Shown: one piece after another, positions 13,866 through 25,351 of the stretch
Layout of the letters: the number at the start of each line of letters is the position of its first letter
Position numbering within the stretch: the first letter of the stretch is position 1
IMG/VR virus record: IMGVR_UViG_3300042391_001376
Span: 62,001-126,000 of that record
DNA: 64,000 nucleotides
Reading direction: 5' to 3' (one strand)
Notes under the pieces: generated by a model
Told to the model about the DNA's origin: nothing
Seen by the model: only the letters and a program-made list of their open reading frames with translations
The model's database searches: none
Program-made: the position numbers and the translations under genes

Positions 13866-16800
13866 TTAGAAAGAGCTAGCTACTTCATTATACGGGTTGT
13901 TCCCAGCCTGAGGAGCTCTACGATACATAGTAGTGTTCATATTGAATTTTCCTAACCCCATAGCTTCTTGCCTAAAGTTGGAAACGTCTTTTGTATTCCC
14001 ATATAAGTTAACTTTATAATCTACACCTGGGTTGTAAACTGCGTTTCCTATTTGCGGGATTTCAGACATCCTCTTGGGGTAATTGTCTTCGTAAGCTGAT
14101 CCACCAGGCAGGAGTGGTGGACCTTGTATGTCTTCTTGGCTTCTATCCTTTACGGCCTGATAAGCAAAGCTGCCAACGACCAAAGCTCCTATCGCTACAA
14201 CTGAATTTTTAAATAGTTTATTTTCTTGGAATAAGTTTTTTAAACTTCCGTCTTTTATGAATTCACCAATTCGTTTAAATTGTGCTTTAGCTATAGATAC
14301 TTCTTCGCCCGATATTACTCTTTCCAAATCTTTTCCAACCGTAGTAGTTGGCGCAGGAGCTGCAGTTGTTGGTCTTCCAATAAAATCTAAATCTGTTTTA
14401 AATTCATCTGCCAATTCTGAGTACCTAATGTCAGCCATAACTGCATCAAGCCTATTGGACATTGTCGTTCTAACTTCATTCATGTTTCTGTTATTAAATA
14501 CTTGGTTTTGTATTTCTTTATTATCAGACAATAGAGCCAGTATGTCTAATTGAGCTGATGAAGGATCATGCAGTACGCCATATGCTGAAGCTTCTAAGAT
14601 TTCCTTTGCTGTTTGCCCTGCCCTTGAAGAGAGATTCTCGCTTGTTGTTGATCCTAAAATATTTAAAGTTTTAACTACATCATCGCTTGCTCTTAAACTC
14701 TCTAGGTAATTATAATTTCTTTTTATCTCTGCTGCTGAAAATAATTCTCTTAAATTACTAGAAATTGTTCCACCAGATCCAGCTACGTCTTCTAGCACTG
14801 ATTTTGGAAAATAATTTAAATCATCATAAATAAATTCTTTACCAATTTGATCGCTTCTTTTCCTTAAAGTATTTATCATTTCTTCTACAGACACACCAGA
14901 TCTACGAGCTGCTTCTCTTATGTCATCTGTCACCGTATCGCCCATTTTAAGTTTTCTTAAATATAATTCTTTTGTTGCTTCATTGTTTAGCTCAGCCATA
15001 TCTGTTCTAAAATTTAATATTCTAGAAGCTTCTTCTGTATGTTTTTCTAAAAGAAAGTCTGCTGCTCTTCTGGCTTCTTCTGTGTATTCAAACGAAGCTA
15101 AAGCAGGATTTATTGTCCTGCTCCTGTACCTGATATTATTCATTGCTTCTAAATTTGCAGCGGCAACTGTGCCTGCGCCATGCAACCTGGAAACAGTAGC
15201 ATAAGCGTGTTGCTCATTCGCACCAAAAAGTCTTATAAGCGCATCTCTTCTTGCTTCTGAACTTATCGGCATTTGTTCTTCGGACAATTGTCCTATTATA
15301 TCTTTAAACATACCAACGTCAGAAGCACCTGTTTGTATCCCACTAGATATACCTCTGATCATAGATTCAAGGTCAACTAACTGAGCTCTTCCCTTTAATA
15401 ATTGTTGATCAATTTTTGGTAAAAATCTTTCTTTAAATTTTTCAGCAGCTGCAGCGTCTCTAACTGCCATCTCAGTTGCCAACTCCATTACTTGTGCGTA
15501 CTCTGTGCCCACGCGTTTGCCAAGGTTTTCTATCGCTTGTGCACCAATATCATCTATCGATCCACCAGCTTTACGTATTCTTTCTACAGCTCTTAAGGCT
15601 GCGTTTACATCTTTTGAATTATCTATGGCCATAGTGACACTGGTCAAACTTTCCCTCAATACATCCATATCACTAAGTAAAGATGGCATAACTCCAGAAG
15701 CACTCTTGGAAAAGTCAATTGCAAGTTCCTGAGAAACTAAACCTATTTGATGTTCAAGAATTTTTCTAATTCTTCCGTCTTGCCCGCCCATTTTTATTAA
15801 ATGCTCTATTAAATCTTGCGTTTGATTCAACTTAGACCCAACCAACATTGTTCTATTAACATACGTTCCAAGTACTGCTGATTCTTCTGAGGTAGCCACA
15901 CTAAACATTTTATTAAATACAGATTGTTCTTTTAACGCACTTAAAATTGGATTATCTAGATTTTTTTCGAATACTCTGTTCACTTCATCGAATTGAGATG
16001 ATTCTAAAGCTGTTTTTAATTGATTGTAAACTGAAGAGTCCAAAGCGTTTTTGTATGAATCATTTTCAAGAAGTTCTTTAATTTGGTCTTTTATCAAATA
16101 ACCTTGTTGCGAATTATACTTTTGATTCTCTTCTTCAAATATTTTAAAAATTCCAGGCCTTGTATATTGTTGACTATTCGCTAGCGATGAAGAACCTTGT
16201 CTTTCTATTGCCCTAAGTATTCTTCTATTGTGAGCGCCAGCTACACCTTCCATGGAACCATCAAGCATTCTTAGTCCAGCTTTACCTCTGGACTCAGCAA
16301 AATCAAAAATGCTTATAACAAGTTGTTCTGCTTCATCTGCATTTATAGTTTTATATTTTTTATCATTCCAAAGAACAGAGTAGAGATCGTCTAATGATGA
16401 AGCCCTTACGCCGCCAGCCGATAATCTATAATCTTCTAACAGCCCTCTAAATCTTTCATTCTGGAAATATGACCTTAGTGTTCCTTCGTCTAAATTTGCT
16501 TTTGCATATATTGATTCTTCTGGGCCAGAAGGTTGTCTGTACATGCCAAACAAAAGTCTTTTCTTATTACCATTATCTTTATATGTCATCATCTTAGTTA
16601 AGACTTTGTCGTCCAAGTCGAAACCACCCAAAGACTCATAGAATCTATTTGTCATTCCAGGACCGAATAAAACCCTATTATCATCTACTCTGAACTCTAA
16701 AAGCTGTGTCGCTATTTCTCTATCAACTCCTTTGATTCTTGCACTAGTCATGCCAGAAAGATTTTCACTTGGTGCCGTACCACTCTGGAACGCTGCGTTC

Positions 16801-18773
16801 TCAGTGCTCAATGCAAATCTTCTAACGTCAGGCAAAGCTGGTAGGTAAGTTGCAACGTTACCCTTTGTCTGTATTCTAAACATTTCCGAAGCGTGAAGAC
16901 TGGCTAGCATGTTCATCATTCTTGGAGAATCTTTTGGGGATATTCCAGATTGATGCATCTCGAGCAGCTGTCTTGCAAATTCTTTATTTCGTATTCTTGT
17001 TTCAGTCATGTACTCTGGCAGATAATCCAGCTCATCATTAAAAACTGTTCTTTGCAGCATTTCTTTTATTCTTGGTGGCAAAATATTTTGATCAATAGCA
17101 GTATTAAATTCTTGCATTATTTCTCCAGAGTATCTTTTCATATTTTCTATATCATAATCTGAAGCAAAAAGTTCACCAAGGAATGAGGTAGAAACTGGAT
17201 CAGAATACACTTTGTCGCTACTACTTCCTAGACCGCTAAAAACAAATCCTTTAAAATTAAAACCTAACTCACCCTTAATTGCCTCTTCATCTAAGATGGC
17301 TGCAAAACCAGAAAATAAACCTCTTTTATTTCCTATCAAATCGAAGTCTGCAAAATTAGCAGCGGACTTTATTTGCTCTTCGCCAGTACCTCCTCTCATG
17401 GTTACTTGATACAGATTGTTTGCCTTTGAAACTATGTCGTATTGCCTTTGTATCTCATATAATTGCTGCTCTAAAGCTTCTGCTTCTTGCCTACTCCTAC
17501 CTGGTATGCCTGCTCTTAAATCTGCGTGTATTTCTTTTATCTGGTCTTGCATGGTGCCTATACGCCCTTGCAATTCATCCATCTTATAAGTTCTTAGCCT
17601 ATCATTAACTACGGATATACCATCAAACTCTCTTTTTACGCCTTTCATTATTCTTTCTATTGACTTATATTCTTCGCTATTTTTGCCAAAAGTTTTTTCA
17701 ACATTACCCAATAATTCTTTTGAGCTGTTTGATCGTCCAACTAAGCCCTTAATTTTTTCAGTTGAAAGAATTCCTTTGTCTAAACTTTCTGTTGACAAAT
17801 TATCTATGGTAGCTTTTACTAAATTTGTGTCTAAAAGTTCATCTATTAAATTGTATTCAACGCCACCCTCTTTCACTATAAAATTTTGTCCAAGACCAGA
17901 AATAACCTTACCGTCAGCATCATAAACTAAATCTGTAGACCTACCAGCAAATCCCATATATCTTCTGAGATAGTCAATCCCAGAATCAACCCTTAGAGCT
18001 CTATCCTCAATTGCGGTACCGACATCAATACTACCTATAGCTCTCGTTATGTCTTCTTGCGGCATAAAAATATCTCTTTCAGAAAAGAATGCCCTTAGAC
18101 GTTTTGGTAGTTTATTAACAAACCCTGGCATTGATGCTTCGCCTAATGCTGATTGCAATCTTTCTTGGTTTAATAAACCAGACCCCAATATTGTGCTCAT
18201 CATGTGCATCTGAGCAGATGATAGGGCCCTTTGTTCTCCGCCAACTAAAGCCTGCATGGTAAGAAAAGCTCCACCCTCTCCATCAACAATAGGGATAAAG
18301 CCTATGCTAAGTTTCTCTAACTCTTTTGCCGCTAAAGTTGCACCTTTTCCTTTTTCGCTTTTGCTAGTTAGAATTTGCATCATCAATGTACTCGGGTCAA
18401 TATCTCCAAGCCCGATTCTTGCCAATTGTGATCTTTGAAGATCGGTTGCAGAAGTTAATCTTGTTTGAAGATTTTCTAATACAGAACCCGCTTGAGAAAA
18501 TCTAGTATCATAAAATTCAGAACCAAGTTTTGATGCCCCATATCTTAGTTCTGTATAATCTGTTAATAAAAATTTTTTAGATTCCAAGAAAGCTTCACCA
18601 GGAGTGTCAAATTTTTTTCCACTAACTGATGATACATAACTAAATCTTCCAGTAGTTTCGTTTTTTTCAACTCTTGCTGCGCCTGTTCTGCCAAGCTCAG
18701 TTCTAGCCATGCCGGCTTTAGCAGCATACTCAGCTTTTCTAGGATTAGTAAATAGTTCGTTTATTGGTATCAT
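13866..18773 (-). CDS. Large virion/ejection protein (1635 aa), possibly a divergent two-barrel RNA polymerase-like protein
   Basis: Long, largely helical ORF coupled to the upstream gene. GGFDLDD, YRQP and LGTYVN are weak motif matches. Hydrophobic segment near the C-terminus. Confidence 0.45.
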   Translation of the reverse strand: MIPINELFTNPRKAEYAAKAGMARTELGRTGAARVEKNETTGRFSYVSSVSGKKFDTPGEAFLESKKFLLTDYTELRYGASKLGSEFYDTRFSQAGSVLENLQTRLTSATDLQRSQLARIGLGDIDPSTLMMQILTSKSEKGKGATLAAKELEKLSIGFIPIVDGEGGAFLTMQALVGGEQRALSSAQMHMMSTILGSGLLNQERLQSALGEASMPGFVNKLPKRLRAFFSERDIFMPQEDITRAIGSIDVGTAIEDRALRVDSGIDYLRRYMGFAGRSTDLVYDADGKVISGLGQNFIVKEGGVEYNLIDELLDTNLVKATIDNLSTESLDKGILSTEKIKGLVGRSNSSKELLGNVEKTFGKNSEEYKSIERIMKGVKREFDGISVVNDRLRTYKMDELQGRIGTMQDQIKEIHADLRAGIPGRSRQEAEALEQQLYEIQRQYDIVSKANNLYQVTMRGGTGEEQIKSAANFADFDLIGNKRGLFSGFAAILDEEAIKGELGFNFKGFVFSGLGSSSDKVYSDPVSTSFLGELFASDYDIENMKRYSGEIMQEFNTAIDQNILPPRIKEMLQRTVFNDELDYLPEYMTETRIRNKEFARQLLEMHQSGISPKDSPRMMNMLASLHASEMFRIQTKGNVATYLPALPDVRRFALSTENAAFQSGTAPSENLSGMTSARIKGVDREIATQLLEFRVDDNRVLFGPGMTNRFYESLGGFDLDDKVLTKMMTYKDNGNKKRLLFGMYRQPSGPEESIYAKANLDEGTLRSYFQNERFRGLLEDYRLSAGGVRASSLDDLYSVLWNDKKYKTINADEAEQLVISIFDFAESRGKAGLRMLDGSMEGVAGAHNRRILRAIERQGSSSLANSQQYTRPGIFKIFEEENQKYNSQQGYLIKDQIKELLENDSYKNALDSSVYNQLKTALESSQFDEVNRVFEKNLDNPILSALKEQSVFNKMFSVATSEESAVLGTYVNRTMLVGSKLNQTQDLIEHLIKMGGQDGRIRKILEHQIGLVSQELAIDFSKSASGVMPSLLSDMDVLRESLTSVTMAIDNSKDVNAALRAVERIRKAGGSIDDIGAQAIENLGKRVGTEYAQVMELATEMAVRDAAAAEKFKERFLPKIDQQLLKGRAQLVDLESMIRGISSGIQTGASDVGMFKDIIGQLSEEQMPISSEARRDALIRLFGANEQHAYATVSRLHGAGTVAAANLEAMNNIRYRSRTINPALASFEYTEEARRAADFLLEKHTEEASRILNFRTDMAELNNEATKELYLRKLKMGDTVTDDIREAARRSGVSVEEMINTLRKRSDQIGKEFIYDDLNYFPKSVLEDVAGSGGTISSNLRELFSAAEIKRNYNYLESLRASDDVVKTLNILGSTTSENLSSRAGQTAKEILEASAYGVLHDPSSAQLDILALLSDNKEIQNQVFNNRNMNEVRTTMSNRLDAVMADIRYSELADEFKTDLDFIGRPTTAAPAPTTTVGKDLERVISGEEVSIAKAQFKRIGEFIKDGSLKNLFQENKLFKNSVVAIGALVVGSFAYQAVKDRSQEDIQGPPLLPGGSAYEDNYPKRMSEIPQIGNAVYNPGVDYKVNLYGNTKDVSNFRQEAMGLGKFNMNTTMYRRAPQAGNNPYNEVASSF

Positions 18774-21700
18774 TACCTAACACCTGCTGAAATATCAATA
18801 CTGCTTGATCCAAAAGTATTTGCTACTGGAGTAATTGTCCCAGATACACCGGAGCCACTAAGAAGTCTTCTTAACTTTCCAAGTATATCATCTTTGTTTT
18901 CTTGCCTATTAAATTGAGGGAAAGCTGGATTTGCTAAATTTGCTTCTTTTATCTGTTGTGGATAGTAACCCATCTGCGACATTTCCAGACCCATGTTTTG
19001 ACCTATCTTAACTTTTACATGGTCTAGATTAGTATTCGGATGCCAACCTTCCCAATTCAAATCTGGCAATTCGTGCCTACTAAAGTACTCTGCCAAATCA
19101 GGCTTATCTTCGACTGGCATCCCCCATGCTGCTTGATATATTCTTCTTTCTAATCTGCCAGAAGTAGACAATATAGCTTTGCGTTCAGATTCTGGAGCAT
19201 TAATCATTTCTGCAAAGTGTTCTCTTTTTCTTTTTGGTATTGCCAAAGAAAGAGTTTCTACTGGAGCACCATATATATCAGCTCCATACATAGTTCTTTT
19301 TGCGGCTTGTCTATATTGATTTGCTTCAAACCCACTACCAGATTGTTGCGCCATAGAAGCCAACCTAGAATATTTAACATAGTTTAACATGTCAGTATAT
19401 TCTTCAAGCGCTAATTCTTTTTTTCTTACCTTAGGAATAAATCTTTCTCCAGTTATTACTTCTCTAGCATTGTCATATGTAGACGCAAACAAGCCAGTTG
19501 CTGCCCCAACAAAACCACCAAAAGCTTTTCCTTTAGGAGTCCTACCAAAAGCTGTTCCAACAGCCAGTAAAGTTGCAGAGGCAGTTAGTGGGTCTCTCTG
19601 TGTAGCTTTGTATGCCATTGGTTTAATAAAGCTTTCGAAAGGCCTCTGCCATTCAGGAAAAGTAGAACCATAAACATTTCTTCTTTCCCAATCTTCTTGG
19701 GCTGTCCTATCTTGCCAAAATTTAGTATTAAAAATTGTATCTCTATGCGCTAAATATTCTTTTGTTCTTTCAAATTTATATCTTCTATCTGATATACCTA
19801 ATTCAGAAGCTGTTTTGTCTTTGTATTCATATCTACTAAAATTATATTTTTTAGTTGTTTGTTCTACTCTATTTCTTATTTCTTGAACTTTTATCTTTTG
19901 ATCTGGAGAAAGATTTTTTGAATCTATAGCGGCATTTAGTTGTTTAAATTGATTTGAGTACGGGGCAACATCAGCCAATATACTCAGTTGATCGACTAAA
20001 CCATATCTTCCTGTTTCATCAGAGTTTAGTGTATTAAATCTCTCATAACCTCTGCCAGGCAACCTTAGCTCGCCTTCTGCGATTCGCGTAAAAGGGTCAC
20101 CTCTTGTGAAGTCAGTAAAATACTCTGCGCCCGGCAGGAAGGGGTATTGCTCACCCATAGTATTTTTTATTGGGTTTAAATAATCTACTCCTGATCTTTC
20201 CTTGGGAATAAATCTTCTTACTATTTCGGAAAATTCTAAGTTGCCCAAAGCACCTTGCGCTGGGAGTGGAAGGTCGCCAGCACCACCAAGATTTAAATCC
20301 CAGAATGCTCTTGTTGTTCCATATGCTTTTGAAGCAGACTGCAAAGTTGCTCTGTCTGGCTGGTAATCACCTTGACCAAAGCCAAATTTTTCTCTTAGAG
20401 AAGAGAAACCGAAACCGTAAATACCAGCCATTTCTTGAGTTGTATATCCTAGATTACCCATTTGCATTTGCAATGCACCAGGTGACAAAGGTGAACCAGT
20501 AGGAACTATTTGTGCTGGCATTACCCCACGTTGTTTTGTCGGGCCGTATGCCATTTGCATTAATGGTTCATTTAACCCAGCTATTGTTCCTTTTGTTAAT
20601 CTTCCAGCTGTGTATAACGGAGTGCCACCAGCTGATCCATAGCTTGCATTAGAAGCTGATATCATTCCAGGCCCAGCTCCGGTTCCACCGCCGCCGCCAC
20701 GACCACCAATTCCACCACCAGGAGAAGTTAAATACGGTGTTGCATTATAGGCGCCTGCTTGACCTGCTTGAACATAGTTTTGCAAACCTTGTGTTAATTC
20801 CTGTTCATGCATTAATACTTGTGGTTTTAGAATTCTTCCAAGAGTCGCGTTTAATAGTGGTACAGCCGGACCAAACGGACCAGAAAAATATTCTCCAGTT
20901 ACAGGATATGGTCTATCCTCAAAGTGTTTTCTTTCAAACCTATAAGGGTCTATCGGTCTTAGTGGAGAAATATCATTGTAGTACAAGAATTTTTCCATCG
21001 GACTTCCATAAGTGTCCGAAGTAAACATTGCCCCACCTTGCAATTTCCTATACCAGGACGGTCTGTAATACTGAACTTTTCCTCCAGCAAATGGTGTGTT
21101 GCCAAGCGGCCAAAAACGACCCTGTCTTATGGGGACAAGTCCTTCTGTTAGTTGTTCTTTTTTATCTTCATAAGTATCACCACCAGGTGTAATACCAGAA
21201 AGAATTGACCTTGCTTCAACTACTCCACGAGCTGCTTTAGTTGTGAAAAACGGTGAATAAACTCTTTCTCCATCTTTATCTTTTGGCTGGGTATAACCAC
21301 CTATTGTCCTGTCCACTGTCATCGCTGTTGTTCCAGCCGCAAAAATAGGGAGAACCCTCTTGCCAACCATGCCACGCATATACAAATCAAGAGGACCATT
21401 GAACCTAGATGTATCTAGCTGCATTCCTAGCGTGCCGAAATATCTATTCAAACGCTCAACACCTTGAGAAACTGCAGTCCCGGCTACAGAATAATCTTGC
21501 GGATTTTTATAAGTGCCGACTCCTAGTGCACTTTTAATTGCTCCAAATGGATTTTTATCGAATACAGTTCCAAACGTTGGAACAAAAGTAATAGATTGAC
21601 CAGAGCCCAATGGGTCTATGCTAAATTCACTTGGCTTAAATGCCGCTGTTCCAAATTTTCTTCTACCCAAAGGCGACAGCGCGTTGAAAGGCCTTCTTAG

Positions 21701-24700
21701 ATTGCTGGCTATTAAAGACTCTGTTCCACGCGTGAATGGATCGAACAATGATCTAGCTGCTGCGCCACCGGAAGAGCTAGAAGTAGTTATTTTCAATAAA
21801 GCTTCAACTGCATTTCTTGCATTTTGTTCAGAAGAAATAGATTGATTAAAAGTTCTGTACGCACTAATATTAAATAGCGTTGACAGTGCCGCCGCTTGTG
21901 CTTCTGCGTACTGCGAAGCTGGTATAGACTTCTTTAAGTTTGTTAATACATTTTGTATGTTAACAAACATGCTTTCGGTAGTAGAACCGCCCTGACCAAG
22001 AACTGCGTTTGTCTGCGAAACATATCTAAATATTTCGTTCCTTAATTCATCAAGTCTAGTTGTAATTGTTGATGATTTACTTGAAGACTGTGCTGCTGCA
22101 GCTAAGTCAGAATCTTTAACTATGTTTCTTATTCTTGAATAAGACTCTTCCAAGAATCTTGAATCAATCCCTCTTTCTCTAGCTTGCGCAGAGAGCAGCG
22201 GCTTCATCTCTTCTAGTCGAGCAACGAAATCTCTTGCCTGCTGAGCGGTTCTAACTTCTGATACTTTGCCTAACCCAGCTCTTGTAAAAGTTTCAGGAGC
22301 TATAGTTTCAAGCTCTTGCATTATCTTATCTGTGTACCCATAACCAAAAGTTCTCTTCCTGAATATATCAGTGCCTTTTAGTATTTCAGATTCACTATAT
22401 GTGTTGCTAATTTTTCCAGTTGAATCTATTAAATTATATCTGTCGCCAGTTTTATCTAATTTAAATGCTTTTCTAGTTCCACCCTCTTTCATCATTACTT
22501 CTTCACCACTTAAAAGGCGAGATATAACTTGAGGATTATTTATGTCTTGAGATCTATTGCGGAATCTTGACAATAAACCGAACAATGAGTTTGGTTGATC
22601 GGCGTCAATGTCCATTGCATTTTTGAATCGCCTTGATCTGTCAGAGTTACCTAAAACAAAATCTAAAAACTTTGAACCAGATTGTCCATCTACATCATAG
22701 GCGGGTGTTCCAGGCATGCCAGCAGCAAAGCGTGCATGCTTGGTGAGCATTTCGGTACTTCTAGTTGGTAATGGTCGGTAAGTTCCTCTTAAGGTTTCTC
22801 CAAAAGTTTCTCCAGAGAATTCATTTGTTGAATAAGAAGTTATTTTGCCTTTAGTTCCCTTGGTAGCGTGCCATATATGAAAGTCTGCTCTGCTACCAGG
22901 AAGATCGCCAAATGGCTGGACTGTTGACCCAGGTGAATATTGTAGAGGTCCTTTTTGTGCCATTTCGGCAAAAGATCTGCGACCAAACAAATCGGCTGGG
23001 TTAAGTTTAATGATAGGTATGTGTAGGTCTGAGGCAAAAAAGTTCGCAACATTTTTAAATGATGTTTTAATTGAACTAAAATCTAATGTTTGTCCAGACC
23101 TTGTTTGATAAACTCCTTCTAATTTGTTGAATCCTATAGATTTAGATACTGGGTCATCTATAGCCATTCTTCCAGCTAGATTTTTTATTATAGACTGTTC
23201 TCTATCGGGCAGGTGCGCAAACTTACCCTTGTCTACCGCTTCGCTTATCAAAAGCGGCTTCATCCCAAAGAGGTTGAAATTTCCTTCAAATATTCCTGAG
23301 GTTATTTTTTTGTTTCTAATTAAAAAAGATTTTAAATTTGTAAAATCGTTTGGATCAAATCCCCTATTAGCCAAACCATTTCTGACTATATCTTCGGATA
23401 CCATCCTTCCTTCTAAATCTTTTAATGGTATCCCTAATACTTGAGCTGTTTTTCTTTGTAAGAATTGTTTCTTTACACTATTTAGTGGACCAACAAAATC
23501 TTGATACACAGCTTTTTCTGGTTTTAGAATAGAAGAAGCGCGATCAACTAAATCGTTTCTAGAAAATGAATTCCATTGGTTTTTAATTTTTAACTTTACA
23601 CCATGTTGGAATTCTTTGCTGGTAAAATATGTATTGGTTTCTTCTACAACTTCTTTTAAGAATTGATCTGATGTTTTTCCTGCCCCTGCAACATTTGCCA
23701 AAGCTGTTTCATAATCTTTTCCGCCCTTAACACCTTTAAGTCTATCAAGCAGTATGTCAAAGTAACTTTCTTCATCTCCATGGATTTTCATCTTTCCAAT
23801 TGAGATCATATTGGTTGGATGAGTCTTAGCCCCTGGAGTTACAACCTTGATTTGATTTACAAAACTGTCAGTTTGTTTTGGGTCTAAACCTTTAGATGAA
23901 AGTCTTTGGCTTAAAAGTTTTTTGTATTCACTTTCCTGTTGACCTAAATAAAAACCAGACCTAGTAAAACTTGAGTCTCCAGGACCACCTGCACCAAGGA
24001 TCGATACCTGATTAGCCATCTTAGATAGTCTGCTAGAATACTGTGCTTGTATCTTTTGCATTGCAGAAACTACGTCTGCGGACCTTGGGCTAGAAGAAGA
24101 TAATACTCTTGAATGTTCTATCGAGTTCTGTAAGGCGTCGTAAGCTTTTCCGTAAACCCTAAACTGTTGTGTTCCTGCCCTTATTCCTGCGTTTAAACCT
24201 CTAAAGGCTGGTATCGTATCTATTATCCCGGGGCCAATTTCCCCATCAGAGTTTTTAACGCCAAATGCGAGGGCTTTAGCATAATTGGTAGCTCTCTTCA
24301 TCCCCGGGTCTCTAGCCCCTCTAGAGGCCTCGTAGGCGGCTCTGGCGCCCTTCCTAGCCTTATGCAGGGCATCTACGAATCTAGGTTGCTCGTTGGCTCC
24401 CATAGCTGTTGTAGCAGCGTTAAATGCCCCTGAGGATTGAGCTGACTTTTTTAAGAATGCATTCCCAGCGGTGGCCATATCATGGCCGACTTCTCCAAGA
24501 ACTTCAGTTAAGTTTACAAACCCTTTTGCTGCCTTTTCTTTTATCGGACTTAAATCCGATATGCTGGCCATAGAATATTTGAAAGTATTCATCGAGCTCT
24601 TAGATGCATTAAGAGCTGCTCCACCACCTTCGAATGGCAAGATCATTGTTGCCATTGTTGTCACTGATGTTTTTACAAAGTCGCTTACAACATCAACAGG

Positions 24701-25339
24701 ATTGTACCAGTTTATTTTTTTTCTGTTATCGTCTTTTCCAAAGAGTGGATCTGTGACCATTCTTTGTGCGCCCCATAGGGCTGGAAGTTCGTACGGCATT
24801 CTTCTGCCGACTCTAATCATCCTTTGTTGAAGGTCTTCTTTAAGACCCCAAATCGCAGCTGGCTCTGAAGTTAATCCTCTTCCAGCTTGATCTAATTCAT
24901 TCTTTGAAAATGAATAACCAAAATTTTCAAAAGTTCCGTGTCTAGACCCAAGATAGCCAGTTGTTAATTCATCGCCAGATTCAAAGACCAATTTTTCATA
25001 TGGATCGTTTACGCCATTGATAGCTCTTTTAACGCCTTGTAAATTGTCAAGATGTCTTCTAACATCTATCATATCTTTGATTAAAGATGTTTGACCAGAC
25101 TCTTGTATTTTTTGGGTTAGCTTAAGACCACCTTTCCTGAGCATGGCTGAACCAACGCCAGCAACAAGCATTGTTGTTCCTGCATGCGCAAAAAAACGCA
25201 TGACGGGATGGCCGCCTAGGGCTTTTGAAACTGCACCGCTATCTTGGGAAATGCCTTCTGTTTCACCCTCATTCAGAGGTACGTCACGAGACGTTACACC
25301 ATTACCCAAGTTATGTAATGGACCACGATCTCTAATCAA
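18773..25339 (-). CDS. Tape-measure-like large virion protein (2188 aa)
   Basis: Directly downstream of the tube genes and two chaperone-like genes. Ala/Gly-rich with several hydrophobic segments. Confidence 0.6.
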   Translation of the reverse strand: MIRDRGPLHNLGNGVTSRDVPLNEGETEGISQDSGAVSKALGGHPVMRFFAHAGTTMLVAGVGSAMLRKGGLKLTQKIQESGQTSLIKDMIDVRRHLDNLQGVKRAINGVNDPYEKLVFESGDELTTGYLGSRHGTFENFGYSFSKNELDQAGRGLTSEPAAIWGLKEDLQQRMIRVGRRMPYELPALWGAQRMVTDPLFGKDDNRKKINWYNPVDVVSDFVKTSVTTMATMILPFEGGGAALNASKSSMNTFKYSMASISDLSPIKEKAAKGFVNLTEVLGEVGHDMATAGNAFLKKSAQSSGAFNAATTAMGANEQPRFVDALHKARKGARAAYEASRGARDPGMKRATNYAKALAFGVKNSDGEIGPGIIDTIPAFRGLNAGIRAGTQQFRVYGKAYDALQNSIEHSRVLSSSSPRSADVVSAMQKIQAQYSSRLSKMANQVSILGAGGPGDSSFTRSGFYLGQQESEYKKLLSQRLSSKGLDPKQTDSFVNQIKVVTPGAKTHPTNMISIGKMKIHGDEESYFDILLDRLKGVKGGKDYETALANVAGAGKTSDQFLKEVVEETNTYFTSKEFQHGVKLKIKNQWNSFSRNDLVDRASSILKPEKAVYQDFVGPLNSVKKQFLQRKTAQVLGIPLKDLEGRMVSEDIVRNGLANRGFDPNDFTNLKSFLIRNKKITSGIFEGNFNLFGMKPLLISEAVDKGKFAHLPDREQSIIKNLAGRMAIDDPVSKSIGFNKLEGVYQTRSGQTLDFSSIKTSFKNVANFFASDLHIPIIKLNPADLFGRRSFAEMAQKGPLQYSPGSTVQPFGDLPGSRADFHIWHATKGTKGKITSYSTNEFSGETFGETLRGTYRPLPTRSTEMLTKHARFAAGMPGTPAYDVDGQSGSKFLDFVLGNSDRSRRFKNAMDIDADQPNSLFGLLSRFRNRSQDINNPQVISRLLSGEEVMMKEGGTRKAFKLDKTGDRYNLIDSTGKISNTYSESEILKGTDIFRKRTFGYGYTDKIMQELETIAPETFTRAGLGKVSEVRTAQQARDFVARLEEMKPLLSAQARERGIDSRFLEESYSRIRNIVKDSDLAAAAQSSSKSSTITTRLDELRNEIFRYVSQTNAVLGQGGSTTESMFVNIQNVLTNLKKSIPASQYAEAQAAALSTLFNISAYRTFNQSISSEQNARNAVEALLKITTSSSSGGAAARSLFDPFTRGTESLIASNLRRPFNALSPLGRRKFGTAAFKPSEFSIDPLGSGQSITFVPTFGTVFDKNPFGAIKSALGVGTYKNPQDYSVAGTAVSQGVERLNRYFGTLGMQLDTSRFNGPLDLYMRGMVGKRVLPIFAAGTTAMTVDRTIGGYTQPKDKDGERVYSPFFTTKAARGVVEARSILSGITPGGDTYEDKKEQLTEGLVPIRQGRFWPLGNTPFAGGKVQYYRPSWYRKLQGGAMFTSDTYGSPMEKFLYYNDISPLRPIDPYRFERKHFEDRPYPVTGEYFSGPFGPAVPLLNATLGRILKPQVLMHEQELTQGLQNYVQAGQAGAYNATPYLTSPGGGIGGRGGGGGTGAGPGMISASNASYGSAGGTPLYTAGRLTKGTIAGLNEPLMQMAYGPTKQRGVMPAQIVPTGSPLSPGALQMQMGNLGYTTQEMAGIYGFGFSSLREKFGFGQGDYQPDRATLQSASKAYGTTRAFWDLNLGGAGDLPLPAQGALGNLEFSEIVRRFIPKERSGVDYLNPIKNTMGEQYPFLPGAEYFTDFTRGDPFTRIAEGELRLPGRGYERFNTLNSDETGRYGLVDQLSILADVAPYSNQFKQLNAAIDSKNLSPDQKIKVQEIRNRVEQTTKKYNFSRYEYKDKTASELGISDRRYKFERTKEYLAHRDTIFNTKFWQDRTAQEDWERRNVYGSTFPEWQRPFESFIKPMAYKATQRDPLTASATLLAVGTAFGRTPKGKAFGGFVGAATGLFASTYDNAREVITGERFIPKVRKKELALEEYTDMLNYVKYSRLASMAQQSGSGFEANQYRQAAKRTMYGADIYGAPVETLSLAIPKRKREHFAEMINAPESERKAILSTSGRLERRIYQAAWGMPVEDKPDLAEYFSRHELPDLNWEGWHPNTNLDHVKVKIGQNMGLEMSQMGYYPQQIKEANLANPAFPQFNRQENKDDILGKLRRLLSGSGVSGTITPVANTFGSSSIDISAGVR

Positions 25340-25351
25340 GACTTTCTCCTG

